Assembly (NCBI GenBank): GCA_023261815.1
Contig: JALNKA010000002.1
Coordinates: 145,736-209,735, forward strand
DNA length: 64,000 nucleotides
Reading direction: 5' to 3'
DNA from: Candidatus Wolframiiraptor sinensis
GTDB taxonomy: Archaea; Thermoproteota; Nitrososphaeria_A; Caldarchaeales; Wolframiiraptoraceae
Position numbers and translations under genes: made by a program. Numbering within the stretch: the first letter of the stretch is position 1; every line of letters begins with the position of its first letter. The notes beneath the pieces were generated by a model. That model was not told the DNA's origin. It saw only the letters and a program-made list of their open reading frames with translations, and did no database searches. Of this stretch, positions 27,667 through 37,444 are shown piece by piece.

Positions 27667-29622
27667 GGATCGAGACTCCGGATCTGGGTTCTGGAGAACG
27701 CTGCTCGCGGGAACCTCGATCCTGGCCCTCGGCTGTATTCCCAGCCTCTTCTCGGCGGCTTTCAGGATCGCGCGAAGCATATCAGCGTAATCCATTCCAG
27801 CGTGCTTCGCCATTTTCGCGAGGTGGCCGTCCCAGCACCAGCCGGGATTCGGATTCACCTCGAGAAGCCTTGGGCATCCCTCGGAATCAAGCCTCCAGTC
27901 GAATCTCGCATAATCCCTGCACTCGAGCCTCACGAAGAGCTGGAGGCTCTTCTCGATTATGAACTCCCTGATCTCCTCGGGGAGATCCGCTGGAACGGAT
28001 CTTATGTTCCAGTATGGCGAGTCCGGAAGCCATTTGGCCTCATAGCCGCATATCGGCGGCAACCCTTCGGGCAGGACGGAGTAATCTTCCTCCGTTATCG
28101 GCAGCACTATGTAATCCTCCGGCGGATTACCTATTATGCCCACGGTCAAGTCCTTGCCCGTCAGAAACTCCTCCACCAGTATCGGCTTATCATATCCAAA
28201 TTTCTCCCTCAGCTCTGATACTGCTTCTATGAGCTGCTCCTCATTATAGACGACGCTCCTCTGGGTTACGCCAAAGCTGCTGTCACCATAGTTCGGCTTA
28301 ACTATCGCGGGGAAGCCGAATGGTATGTTGAAGGACTTATCCTCGGGCATAATGAATACGGCTCGGGGGACGGGTATCCCCATCTCCCTCGCTACGCCCC
28401 TGACAAGCGACTTATCATAGCAGTAGGCCAAGCACTGGGGGCCGGCGCCCGTGTATGGTATTTTCAGCATCTCGAGAAGCGCGGGTATGTGGAGCTCCTT
28501 TCTAGGATCATTCTCAAACCCCTCATCGCAGAGATTGAAGACGAAGTCTATTCTCGGCTTGAACTTGATTAGGTCTTGAATGAGGGTATCGTGATTGAAT
28601 AGGTAGATGAATTCGTATTCCTCGAGCTTGCTGAGAGCCTTCATGAGCTCGTTGATCGTGTAGATATCATCGTCGTCGAAGGCTCCACCGGGCTTCACGG
28701 GATCCCTCTTTGAGGGGTCTCCCAGCAGAACGGCGATCACGAGCTTGGAGCCATCAACCTTTTTACGGGATGAGATCCAAGGCTTCTTAGCCACCGCGGT
28801 CACCACGATCCTCCTCTCCATCATCCCAAGATCCTGAGACTTCTTGGACTCCGGGGACAGGCTTCCATGGAAGGTTATACCGCTGAATCCAGCGCTCCTC
28901 AGCAGAACCTCGAGAAGCTCTCTATTATACAGTCTAACCGCGTAGAATCTCTCCGTGACGACGCCCCTATTAACATCGGTTATTATCTCGCGGGTTATCA
29001 GCCTCTGCTTATCGGAGGATAATGACCTCTCCCTGCACACGAAGAGCTTTTTATCGATCCATTCCCAAGACCTCTTCTGGTAGGTTTGCCTCAGATACTC
29101 GCCGTCCGAGACATCTATGAGTATCTTGCCCCATGGCTTTAAGACCCGCATAACCTCCTTCAAAACCCTCAAATCCTCGCTCGGCGTATCGAAGTATCCG
29201 AAGCTATTGCCCATCAATATCACGGTGTCGAAGGAGTCCGGCGGGTAGGGGAGCTTCCTCGCGTCGCCGACCCTGAACTTGACCCGCAGCCCCTCCTTCC
29301 TCGCCTGAGCCTTAGCTCTCCTGATGAGGTAATGCGAGATATCGAGCCCCTCGACGTTCAGGAACCCCCTCCTGGCGAGCTCCAGCGAATGCCTCCCGTG
29401 CCCGCAGCATAAATCCAGTATCCTATCCTCGGGCTTCAAGCCCAGCAGCTCGATTATCATATCAACCTCCTTTCTCGTTATATCCGGGTCGTCCACCACG
29501 TCCCCATCCGTCTTGAGGTAGAATGAGTCGAAGATATGCTTCCACCAGTCCTTTGGAACATGGCTCTCCAGCTCGTTCAAAGGGCCCAGCGATGTAGGCC
29601 GCACCTTTCCACACTTCCTCAT
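27655..29622 (-). CDS. Class I SAM methyltransferase fused to D-Ala-D-Ala-ligase-like ATP-grasp domain
   Basis: ILDLCCGHGRH and GNSFGYF (MTase); GIPVP, IVKP..GDSSFG, LVEEFL.G, RDYARFDWR and LEVNPNPG (ATP-grasp). Start taken at MRKCG. Confidence 0.9.
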   Translation of the reverse strand: MRKCGKVRPTSLGPLNELESHVPKDWWKHIFDSFYLKTDGDVVDDPDITRKEVDMIIELLGLKPEDRILDLCCGHGRHSLELARRGFLNVEGLDISHYLIRRAKAQARKEGLRVKFRVGDARKLPYPPDSFDTVILMGNSFGYFDTPSEDLRVLKEVMRVLKPWGKILIDVSDGEYLRQTYQKRSWEWIDKKLFVCRERSLSSDKQRLITREIITDVNRGVVTERFYAVRLYNRELLEVLLRSAGFSGITFHGSLSPESKKSQDLGMMERRIVVTAVAKKPWISSRKKVDGSKLVIAVLLGDPSKRDPVKPGGAFDDDDIYTINELMKALSKLEEYEFIYLFNHDTLIQDLIKFKPRIDFVFNLCDEGFENDPRKELHIPALLEMLKIPYTGAGPQCLAYCYDKSLVRGVAREMGIPVPRAVFIMPEDKSFNIPFGFPAIVKPNYGDSSFGVTQRSVVYNEEQLIEAVSELREKFGYDKPILVEEFLTGKDLTVGIIGNPPEDYIVLPITEEDYSVLPEGLPPICGYEAKWLPDSPYWNIRSVPADLPEEIREFIIEKSLQLFVRLECRDYARFDWRLDSEGCPRLLEVNPNPGWCWDGHLAKMAKHAGMDYADMLRAILKAAEKRLGIQPRARIEVPASSVLQNPDPESRSLPE

Positions 29623-29691
29623 ATTATCGTTATCTCTGTTGTTATTCGCGGTGGAGTCGTTCGAGTTCCGGGGAGGGGGCACCACCCTCTT

Positions 29692-29728
29692 TCGCCAATT
29701 ATTGGCGATACACGAGCTGGATATAAAT
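29692..29728 (-). promoter_or_regulatory. TATA box plus perfect palindrome (candidate operator) upstream of the MTase/ATP-grasp gene
   Basis: Minus-strand TTTATAT at about 29721-29728; TCGCCAAT-T-ATTGGCGA at 29692-29708 spans the expected start site. Confidence 0.55.
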
Positions 29729-29974
29729 CTGAGCAATGGAGGTGGGTCGCCGTATCTAAGGAGGAGCCCTCTCGCGGGCCATGATTACTCTGACATGAGA
29801 GCATCAACTACTGGGCAGCTGGCATGCAAGGAGGTATTAGAAGAGCGCTTAATTGAGTAAGAAGAGGACATGGAGGCTCATAGCGCACTGAGGTCGGATC
29901 TGGGAGTTGCCGGCCGGTCTTGGCCATGCTTGGGCGCTTCGAGGTCTCATGGAGTTTCCTAGGAGGAGCCGGCT

Positions 29975-31054
29975 TCAAGAATTCGCATGAGGCTTCTCGG
30001 AGATCGTCCTGGCCGCGATCTCCCGGATCTTCTTCTCGCTCAGGGTTCTAGTCGGCTTCTCGGGGATCAGGCCCTCCGGCCGGTACATCAGGACTATTAT
30101 CAGGGCTATGCCCATGAAGAGGTACTCCAGCCAGACGACGTCGAAGGGTATTATCGCCTCGAAGAAGTACTTGTAGAATACTATCAGCTCCCTGAGGGTC
30201 ACGAAGATTATCGCCCCGACCACGGCTCCGAGATTGTTTCCGGCGCCGCCGATTATGACCATGACCCAGGGCATGAAGGTATGCCTGACCCTCTCGAAGT
30301 CCTTCGGCGACACGCTGACGGTCCAGAGGGAGTTTAGCGCGCCGCTTATGGCCGCTATCGCGAACCCCACGATCAGGGTCTTCGTCCTCAGCTTGACGAC
30401 ATCCTTCCCGTAAACGCTTGCCGAGAGCTCATTCTCCCTCATGGCCTTCAAGACCCTGCCGAGCGGGGATCTGCCCAGATATTCAAGGTATAGGAAGATT
30501 ATCACTGCTGTGATCAGCACGGTCAGCAGGATTGCCAGCGGCCTATACTCGCTTCCAATCCACCTAAATGGATCCGGTATTCGGACGCCCATCGAGCCTC
30601 CGATGAGGGGCTGCCAGTTATCTCCTATAACCCAGAAGATCTCGCCCATCGCCAGCAGGGTTATCGCGAGATAATCCCCGCGAAGCCTTATCGCCGGGTA
30701 GGAGGCCACATAGCCCAGTAAGCCGCCGAAGAAGGCCGCCCCCACTATGGATAGTATCAGGAAGCCTATGGACTGGAGTGGGGAGGATGAGATGGCGCTA
30801 TTCAAGAGGCCGACAACCTCCAAGTTCCTCTCTATGTAGCCGAGGCCCGCGGGCTGCCCATAGGCGAGGGCAAGAATCCTCCCTGAGACCGCCCCTACGA
30901 AATAGGCGCCGCCGGCCACCGCGAGGAGCTTGCCGAAATTCGGTATCCCAGCATAGCCGTACTCGAGATTCAGGCTTAGGGAGATTATGATGAATAACCC
31001 AATCAGGGTTATCAGGTTTGTTAGGAAGATCGAGATCGCGGATAACTCCATCAC
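29975..31054 (-). CDS. livM: Branched-chain amino-acid ABC permease (LivM-like)
   Basis: LNLEYGYAGIPNFG, RLRGDYLAI.LL, SPLGRVLKAMRENE and GGAGN motifs. Confidence 0.9.
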   Translation of the reverse strand: MMELSAISIFLTNLITLIGLFIIISLSLNLEYGYAGIPNFGKLLAVAGGAYFVGAVSGRILALAYGQPAGLGYIERNLEVVGLLNSAISSSPLQSIGFLILSIVGAAFFGGLLGYVASYPAIRLRGDYLAITLLAMGEIFWVIGDNWQPLIGGSMGVRIPDPFRWIGSEYRPLAILLTVLITAVIIFLYLEYLGRSPLGRVLKAMRENELSASVYGKDVVKLRTKTLIVGFAIAAISGALNSLWTVSVSPKDFERVRHTFMPWVMVIIGGAGNNLGAVVGAIIFVTLRELIVFYKYFFEAIIPFDVVWLEYLFMGIALIIVLMYRPEGLIPEKPTRTLSEKKIREIAARTISEKPHANS

Positions 31055-31977
31055 GTCCCCCTCCCCCTGAATATCCTAGCCCAGCTGATGCCGGTTAATC
31101 CCTGAGGCGCGAAGAGAAGAGTTAGCGCCATGAGTATTAGTGGTATTATGGGCCGATAGGGAACGACCCAGGAGCCGAAGTTTATCGCGAGAAAGCCCGT
31201 CCCGAGAACCTCCGCCAAGCCTATCAGGAAGCCGCCCAGAAATGCGCCGTAAATGTTGGTGAATCCCCCGACTATGCTGGCCGCGAAGATACTTATCAGG
31301 AGCCTCGTGCCCGTATCCGTGTTACAGGTCATCTGCAGCGGGGCCAGGGCGCCTCCAACCCCGGCCAGCCCACCGGATATGAACCATGAGACCGCGTACG
31401 TCAAGTTCACGTTTATCCCTATGGTCTCGGCCAGCGATGGGTTATCTATTGCCGCTCGCATCGCGATGCCGAACTTGGTCTTATTCATGAACAGGTAGAG
31501 GGATATGACTAGAAAGGCCGCCAGCGTCGGGGCCACGATGAAGATCGATGGCTGGCCGAGTATCTCGATGCCGTGACCCCACTCCCTGAGCTGGAAGAGC
31601 CTAGAGGTTATCTTGTGGACCCGGCTGAGGTAATCGGCGATGATGTTGATTGTCGATATCAGCATCATGTCGTATGCTATCGTTGCTATCATGAGTATGA
31701 TGTAGCTCGCTCCCCTATCGAGAAGAGGCTTCAGAACTAGGAGATAGAGTAGTAGGGAGATCGCGCCGCCCAGAAAGAACCCCGTCACAACTCCCACATA
31801 TGGATTGATGCTGAGGAGCTTGGCTATTATGAGAGTGAAGTAGGCGTTTATGGTGGCGAAGTTTCCATGAGCGAAATTGGGAACCTTCGTGGTCATGTAG
31901 GTCAGGGTTAGGCCGGTGCTCAGCATAGTCAGTATCGAGGCGAATACGATCGCGTCCCTCAATAGCGGGATACTCAT
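31051..31977 (-). CDS. livH: Branched-chain amino-acid ABC permease (LivH-like)
   Basis: GLTLTY..KVPNFAHG, TKFGIAMRA and FAASIVGG motifs. Confidence 0.9.
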   Translation of the reverse strand: MSIPLLRDAIVFASILTMLSTGLTLTYMTTKVPNFAHGNFATINAYFTLIIAKLLSINPYVGVVTGFFLGGAISLLLYLLVLKPLLDRGASYIILMIATIAYDMMLISTINIIADYLSRVHKITSRLFQLREWGHGIEILGQPSIFIVAPTLAAFLVISLYLFMNKTKFGIAMRAAIDNPSLAETIGINVNLTYAVSWFISGGLAGVGGALAPLQMTCNTDTGTRLLISIFAASIVGGFTNIYGAFLGGFLIGLAEVLGTGFLAINFGSWVVPYRPIIPLILMALTLLFAPQGLTGISWARIFRGRGT

Positions 31978-32120
31978 GCCCTACCGCGCCCCTCTAAGCG
32001 GCTCTAAACAGGCTTTTAACGATGTCGCGATCTAACCCTCGAAGTCTCCTCAAAAGCATTGACACCTTAAAATCTTATAAACATCCATGAACCGAGTTAG
32101 CAAAAAGAGGTGAGGGGAAA

Positions 32121-33413
32121 ATGGCGCGCGGTGTTAGCAGGGCTATAGCTGTGGTCTTAGCGGTCGTGATGCTGATAATCGGCATAGGAGTGGGAGTATT
32201 GGTGACGCCGTACGTGTCGCCTCCACCAGCTACGATAACCACAACGGTTCCAGCAGCCGCGGCAGGAGGGCTCTCCGGAGAAATCCCAATCGGAGCACTA
32301 TTACCCTTAAGCGGTCCTCTTGGAAAGTTTGGAGAAAATAATAAAGTTGCGGTTGAGCTAGCTGTTGCCGATGTAAACTCATTCTTAGAAAAAATCGGAG
32401 CAGGTTGGAGGTTGCGAGTCTACATCGAGGACACAGAGACAAAACCTGAGGTGGCACTGGAGAAACTCATAAGCCTGCATGCCAAGGGCGTCAAAGCGAT
32501 TGTGGGCCCGATGGCGAGCGGCGAGATACTCAAAATAAAGGAGTTCGCTGATTCCAACAAGATCCTAGTGATTAGTCAGTCGTCGACCTCTCCGAGAGTT
32601 GCCATGCCGGGTGACTATATCTACAGATTTGTTCCGACGGACGTTTACCAAGGCAAGATTGCACCAGCATATGCTGAGCGCCTCGGCGTCACTCACATCA
32701 TTCTGGTTTACCTGGCCAACCCATGGGGAGATGGTCTAGCGGCAGAGATCAAAGAGAATGCTAAGAAGAGAGGCATAGAAATCGCTGCCGATCTTAGGAT
32801 TCCTGAGGCGGCTCCCGATTATTCAGCTGAAGTTGCAAGCCTAGTATCCGAGGTAAATAAACTTGTAGGAAGCGGTATTTCACCGGAAAAGATAATGGTT
32901 GTACTGATAACTTACGGCGAGGCTGTTACTTTCTTCCACTCAGCGAGGGAATATGATGTGCTCTGGCGGGTCAAGTGGTTCGGAAGTGATGGAACAGCTT
33001 TCGAATATGGTCTGCAAGAAGATCCTAAAGCAGCAGAATTCGCGGCCACCGTTGGATTTTCAAGCCCGATAGCAGCACCAATAGGCGACAACTACATAAA
33101 TCTGCTGAAGAGGGTCAAAGATAGAATAGGTAGGACTCCAGAGCCATATTCCTATAACAGTTATGACGCGATATGGGTTATAGCGTTATCAATACTAATG
33201 ACTGGGAAATATGATGGTGAGACTATAAAATCTACGATACCGGAGGTTCTCAAGGTCTACTACGGTGTCAGCGGTTACATAAAGCTCGATGAGAATGGAG
33301 ATAGAATTGGAGAGCGTTACTGGACTGTCAGCCTAGTCAAAACCGATGAAGGATATGACTGGAAGCCTGTAGCAATCTACGATTGCATAGCTGATAAAAT
33401 GGAACTATTGTAA
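32121..33413 (+). CDS. Branched-chain amino-acid ABC substrate-binding protein
   Basis: N-terminal TM and Thr linker, IPIGALLPLSG, YIYRFVPTD, YDAIW and GVSG..KLDENGDR motifs. Confidence 0.9.
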   Translation: MARGVSRAIAVVLAVVMLIIGIGVGVLVTPYVSPPPATITTTVPAAAAGGLSGEIPIGALLPLSGPLGKFGENNKVAVELAVADVNSFLEKIGAGWRLRVYIEDTETKPEVALEKLISLHAKGVKAIVGPMASGEILKIKEFADSNKILVISQSSTSPRVAMPGDYIYRFVPTDVYQGKIAPAYAERLGVTHIILVYLANPWGDGLAAEIKENAKKRGIEIAADLRIPEAAPDYSAEVASLVSEVNKLVGSGISPEKIMVVLITYGEAVTFFHSAREYDVLWRVKWFGSDGTAFEYGLQEDPKAAEFAATVGFSSPIAAPIGDNYINLLKRVKDRIGRTPEPYSYNSYDAIWVIALSILMTGKYDGETIKSTIPEVLKVYYGVSGYIKLDENGDRIGERYWTVSLVKTDEGYDWKPVAIYDCIADKMELL

Positions 33414-33554
33414 GGAAGAGCATCTTTAACAAGTTACCCCCTTTCTTTTTGCTTCCTTCTAGAAATACTCAAGTCTCTGAGTAACAGTAGGGGATGCCGG
33501 ATTTGGCTCAGAAAGATTTTTACCTAGCTTTTCTTCAGCCTTAACGGCAAAAGA

Positions 33555-34313
33555 ATGCCCTCCATTATCTTGAAAGCCAGGGATCTGGTGAAGAGTTTCG
33601 GCGGCTTGAGGGCTGTTGATGGGGTTAGTATGGATGTTCTTGATCGTACCTTGACGATCTTGATTGGGCCTAATGGTAGCGGGAAGACCACGCTCATAAA
33701 CCTGATCACAGGCATCTATAAGCCCGATCACGGCAGCATAGTGTTCGATGGTAGGGATATTACGGGGCTCCCGCCTCACGAGATCTTCAGGCTCGGGATT
33801 GCCAGGACGTTCCAGATTCCCCAGCCATTCAGGAAGCTCACGGTGCTTGAGAACCTGCTCGTCTGCTGCAATAACCCCGGGGAAAGCTTTCTCAACGCCA
33901 TGAGAAGGAGAAGGTGGATGAAGCTCGAGGAGGAGGAGGTTGAACGCGCCTTCAAGCTCCTGAAGCTCCTCAATCTGGATCATTTATGGGATCATGAGTC
34001 TTGGAAGCTGAGCGGAGGCCAGATGAAGCTCCTCGAGATCGGGAGGGCGCTCATGTCGAATGCGCGGCTCCTGGTCATGGATGAGCCCGTGGCAGGCGTG
34101 AACCCCACGCTGGCCCATGAGATCTTCAAGTCCCTGTTGAGGCTCAGGGATGCGCTCGGCATAACGATATTCATGGTCGAGCACAGGCTCGACATAGCGC
34201 TCCAGTACACGGATGAGGCATACGTCATGGCATCGGGCAAGATAATCTCGATGGGCAGGCCGGAGGATGTCGTGATGGATCCACAGGTCATAGATGCCTA
34301 TCTCGGGGGCTAA
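33555..34313 (+). CDS. livG: ABC ATPase (LivG-like)
   Basis: FGGLRAVDGVS, GPNGSGKTT, ARTFQ, LSGGQ and DEPVAG motifs. Confidence 0.92.
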   Translation: MPSIILKARDLVKSFGGLRAVDGVSMDVLDRTLTILIGPNGSGKTTLINLITGIYKPDHGSIVFDGRDITGLPPHEIFRLGIARTFQIPQPFRKLTVLENLLVCCNNPGESFLNAMRRRRWMKLEEEEVERAFKLLKLLNLDHLWDHESWKLSGGQMKLLEIGRALMSNARLLVMDEPVAGVNPTLAHEIFKSLLRLRDALGITIFMVEHRLDIALQYTDEAYVMASGKIISMGRPEDVVMDPQVIDAYLGG

Positions 34314-34320
34314 TGAAGGC

Positions 34321-35031
34321 ATGATCAAAGTTAGTGACCTAAATGCGGGCTACAGGAAACTTCAAGTCCTCTTCGATGTGAGCGCGAGCTTCGATCGGGA
34401 GAAGATCAACGTGATAATAGGCCCTAATGGCAGCGGCAAGAGCACGCTTCTCAGATCAATATTCGGCCTCACCACGATATACTCCGGATCGATAACTCTT
34501 GATGGCATGGAGCTCGTTGGAAGGACTCCGCACGAGATCGCGAGAATAGGCGTGGCATACCTGCCCCAGACGGAAAACATCTTCGAGAACCTGACCGTCG
34601 AGGAGAACTTGAGAATGGCTGGATACGTGCTGAAAAGAGATGAGCTCGAGGAGAGGGTTGAGGAGATGGCGGAGCTGTTCCCGGTCATAAAGAGGTATTG
34701 GAAGCGGAGGGCGAGGCTTCTGAGCGGCGGCGAGAGGCAGATGATCGCGATGGCGATGGCCCTCCTCAGAAAGCCGAAGGTCATGCTATTTGATGAGCCG
34801 ACCGGCGGCCTGGCGCCGAAGATCGCGAGCGAGGTACTCTCGAAGATCGTGGAGCTGCGGGATGCTCTGAGAATGACGATAATTCTCGTGGAGCAGAATG
34901 CAAGGAAGGCTCTTGAAATAGGCGATAAAGCATATCTTCTCGTCGGCGGCAGACTAGTCTTCGAGGGAGAATGCCGTGAGCTATTGAATCACCCGAAATT
35001 CTCGAGCCTATATCTTGGGATAACGAGCTAG
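34321..35031 (+). CDS. livF: ABC ATPase (LivF-like)
   Basis: GPNGSGKST, LSGGERQM, DEPTGGL and LVEQN motifs. Confidence 0.92.
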   Translation: MIKVSDLNAGYRKLQVLFDVSASFDREKINVIIGPNGSGKSTLLRSIFGLTTIYSGSITLDGMELVGRTPHEIARIGVAYLPQTENIFENLTVEENLRMAGYVLKRDELEERVEEMAELFPVIKRYWKRRARLLSGGERQMIAMAMALLRKPKVMLFDEPTGGLAPKIASEVLSKIVELRDALRMTIILVEQNARKALEIGDKAYLLVGGRLVFEGECRELLNHPKFSSLYLGITS

Positions 35032-35039
35032 GCTGAGGA

Positions 35040-35777
35040 ATGCAGGTCAGGCCGGATATCGCTTCAAAGGTCTTGGAAGTCGTTCTAAAGCTCTCGGCCT
35101 CAAATGCTCCAATAAATGTTGAGGAGATCTCCCGGCTATCCCTGATCTCCAAGGATGAGGCTCGGAGAATATTGAGCCTGCTCGAGGTCGGGGAGGGGGA
35201 TAGGCTGGAGGAGGATGAAAGGGTGAGAGCTATCTTAAGCGCGCTGAGGCTCGGCGTTGACGCAAGCTTGCTCGCGAAGCACCTCGATTGGAAAGAGTTC
35301 GAGAAGCTCATCACGGCCCTTCTCGGCGAAGCCGGATATGAGGCAGAATGGGATGTGAAGCTAACTCATGAGGGCGGGAGAATCCAGGTCGACGTGCTAG
35401 CATATGGCGGCAGCATGCTCCTAATCATAGACTGCAAGCGCTGGAATAGATCTCTGACTCCATTGGTGGAGAGGAGGATAATGGAGAGGCAGGAGAGGAG
35501 GATGCTTTTCCTCAGGAATGTAATTGAGCGCACTTTTCGCGGAGAAGACCTGAAGACTGTTTACCTCATCCCGGTAACGCTCTCGCTCTACAGGCCCTCA
35601 AAGCCTATCATAGATGGATTCATCTTCGCGTCGCTGGACAAGCTCAGGGGAGCTCTCGAATATGCTGAGAGATCATTCTTCCAGCTCAGGAGTGAGCGGG
35701 TCGCGATTCCCAGAGATATTGCGCTGAAGCAGATCGTGCGAAAGCTGCGAGAAGGATCTCGGCCGAGAACTCGCTAA
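35040..35777 (+). CDS. PD-(D/E)xK nuclease-domain protein (Mrr/NERD-like)
   Basis: LDWKEFEKLI..LL...GY, QVDVLA and IIDCKRW motifs. Confidence 0.75.
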   Translation: MQVRPDIASKVLEVVLKLSASNAPINVEEISRLSLISKDEARRILSLLEVGEGDRLEEDERVRAILSALRLGVDASLLAKHLDWKEFEKLITALLGEAGYEAEWDVKLTHEGGRIQVDVLAYGGSMLLIIDCKRWNRSLTPLVERRIMERQERRMLFLRNVIERTFRGEDLKTVYLIPVTLSLYRPSKPIIDGFIFASLDKLRGALEYAERSFFQLRSERVAIPRDIALKQIVRKLREGSRPRTR

Positions 35778-35880
35778 AACAGCCCTCTATTCTCTCATTT
35801 GCTTTTCATTTTTAGGCTTATCTCATCTCAATTGCGAGAGAATGCTTAAATCTAGGACGAGAAGCCTTCATCCGAGAGTT

Positions 35881-35973
35881 ATGATCTGGGCGGAGTTCGA
35901 GGAAGAGTGGGAAGAAGAGGAGGAAGAATGGGACGAGGAGGAAGAGTGGGAGGAGGAAGAGGAGGAATTCTAG
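35881..35973 (+). CDS. 30-aa Glu/Trp-rich acidic micro-protein
   Basis: MIWAEFEEEWEEEEEEWDEEEEWEEEEEEF; mixed GAA/GAG codons, TTAAA box about 30 nt upstream, T-tracts downstream. Confidence 0.7.
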   Translation: MIWAEFEEEWEEEEEEWDEEEEWEEEEEEF

Positions 35974-36069
35974 AAGCGTTACTTAGCCGCCCAAAATAAT
36001 CTCCTCTTTTTCTCCTTTTTCTTCATCAAGACTATTTTTATTATTATTTTTCTTGAGAAAGGGTGGATC

Positions 36070-37365
36070 TCATGGATATACCCTGGCGGGAGTTCTCGGG
36101 AAGAGGCATGCATCCCTTATATGTGATAGCTTTAGCATCCACCATAGCATTCGCTCGATTCCGAGCCCGAATCCGCTGTGCGGCACCGATCCATATTTTC
36201 TCAGGTCGAGATACCACTTGTAGTCCTCCGGGTTCAGCCCCGCCTCCCTAATCCTCTCGAGAAGCTGGTGATAATCGTGTATCCTCTGGCCTCCGCCTAC
36301 GACCTCGCCATATCCGCCCGGGGCCAGGAGATCAGCATTTCTGCAAACTCTCGGGTCGGATGGATCCGGCATGTGGTAGAATGCCTTCGCCTCCCTAGCC
36401 CAATGAGTCACGAAGAATGGCTTCTCGAATTCCCTTGATAGCTCCCGCTCTTCATCGGCCCCGAAGTCGTCGCCCCATTTAACGTCGAACCCCTTTCTCC
36501 GGAGAATCTCGAGCGCCTCGGCGTATGTTATCCTCGGGTATGGCGGCTTAGCGATCTCAGGATCTATCTTCAAGCCCAGCATCTCGAGCTCTTTCTCAGC
36601 CTGCTCGCAGACCCCTCTCACCATAGCGTAGAACAGGTTCTCGATTATCTCTAGGAGGTCTTCTAGCTCCGCGTATGCTATCTCCGCCTCGAGATGCCAG
36701 AACTCCGTTAAATGCCTTCTAGTCCTGCTGAGCTCGGCTCTGAAGCTGGGTTGAATGCTGTAAACCTTCTCGAGGCTGTAAATCGCCGCCTCTTGGTAGA
36801 ACTGCGAGCTCTGCGTCAGGTATGCTTCTCTGCCGAAATAATCTAGCTTGAAGAGCGTTGCGCCGCCCTCGACCGCTGCTGTTATGAAGCTGGGGCAATT
36901 TATCTCGATGAAGCCGTTCTCCCAGAACCACCGCCTAGCCGCTCTTAGAAGCGCCGCTCTGATCTTCATTATCGCAGCGACCCTCGGGCTCCTGATGTGC
37001 AGGTGCCTGTTATCTAGGAGGAATTTCAGCTTGATGCCCTTCCTTATCGGGAAATCGTCAAGGCTCTCGCCGACGACCTCGATCGATCTGCATCTTATCT
37101 CGACTCCACCGGGCGCTCTTGGATCGCACTTCACAATCCCGGAGATCTTCACAGCGGTTTCTCGGCGGAGTTTAACAGCGCGCTCGAAGGAGTCCTCCGG
37201 CATATCACCCCTCCTGATCGCGACCTGAATTATCCCAGTGCTATCTCTCAGATCTAGGAAGAGGAGGCCGCCGTGAGAGCGCTTGCTCCTCACCCAGCCG
37301 AGAAGCGTTACCTCGCTTCCATCGGGAAGCTCCTTCGCATCCTCGACGTAGATCTTCTTCAACAT
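36070..37365 (-). CDS. asnS: Asparagine--tRNA ligase
   Basis: OB-fold N-terminus, VEGGATLF, YLTQSSQFY.E, FRAE.SRTRRHLTEFWHLEAE and PHSGFGLGIER motifs. Confidence 0.92.
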   Translation of the reverse strand: MLKKIYVEDAKELPDGSEVTLLGWVRSKRSHGGLLFLDLRDSTGIIQVAIRRGDMPEDSFERAVKLRRETAVKISGIVKCDPRAPGGVEIRCRSIEVVGESLDDFPIRKGIKLKFLLDNRHLHIRSPRVAAIMKIRAALLRAARRWFWENGFIEINCPSFITAAVEGGATLFKLDYFGREAYLTQSSQFYQEAAIYSLEKVYSIQPSFRAELSRTRRHLTEFWHLEAEIAYAELEDLLEIIENLFYAMVRGVCEQAEKELEMLGLKIDPEIAKPPYPRITYAEALEILRRKGFDVKWGDDFGADEERELSREFEKPFFVTHWAREAKAFYHMPDPSDPRVCRNADLLAPGGYGEVVGGGQRIHDYHQLLERIREAGLNPEDYKWYLDLRKYGSVPHSGFGLGIERMLWWMLKLSHIRDACLFPRTPARVYP

Positions 37366-37444
37366 GCCGCCTGGATCCGGGTTAAAGCCGGAAGGGGCGC
37401 CTTTTTTCCTTTGCCCGCTGAGGGGCGCCGGGGATTGCTCGGCG

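Noticed and set aside
29645-29700. Fluoride riboswitch
   Set aside because: Superficial hairpin and ACGACTCC resemblance only; the pseudoknot pairing does not match and there is no fluoride-related gene.
35881-35973. Acidic peptide as RiPP precursor for the ATP-grasp fusion
   Set aside because: It is 6 kb away, has no leader, and has no Ser/Thr/Lys nucleophiles for graspetide-type crosslinks.
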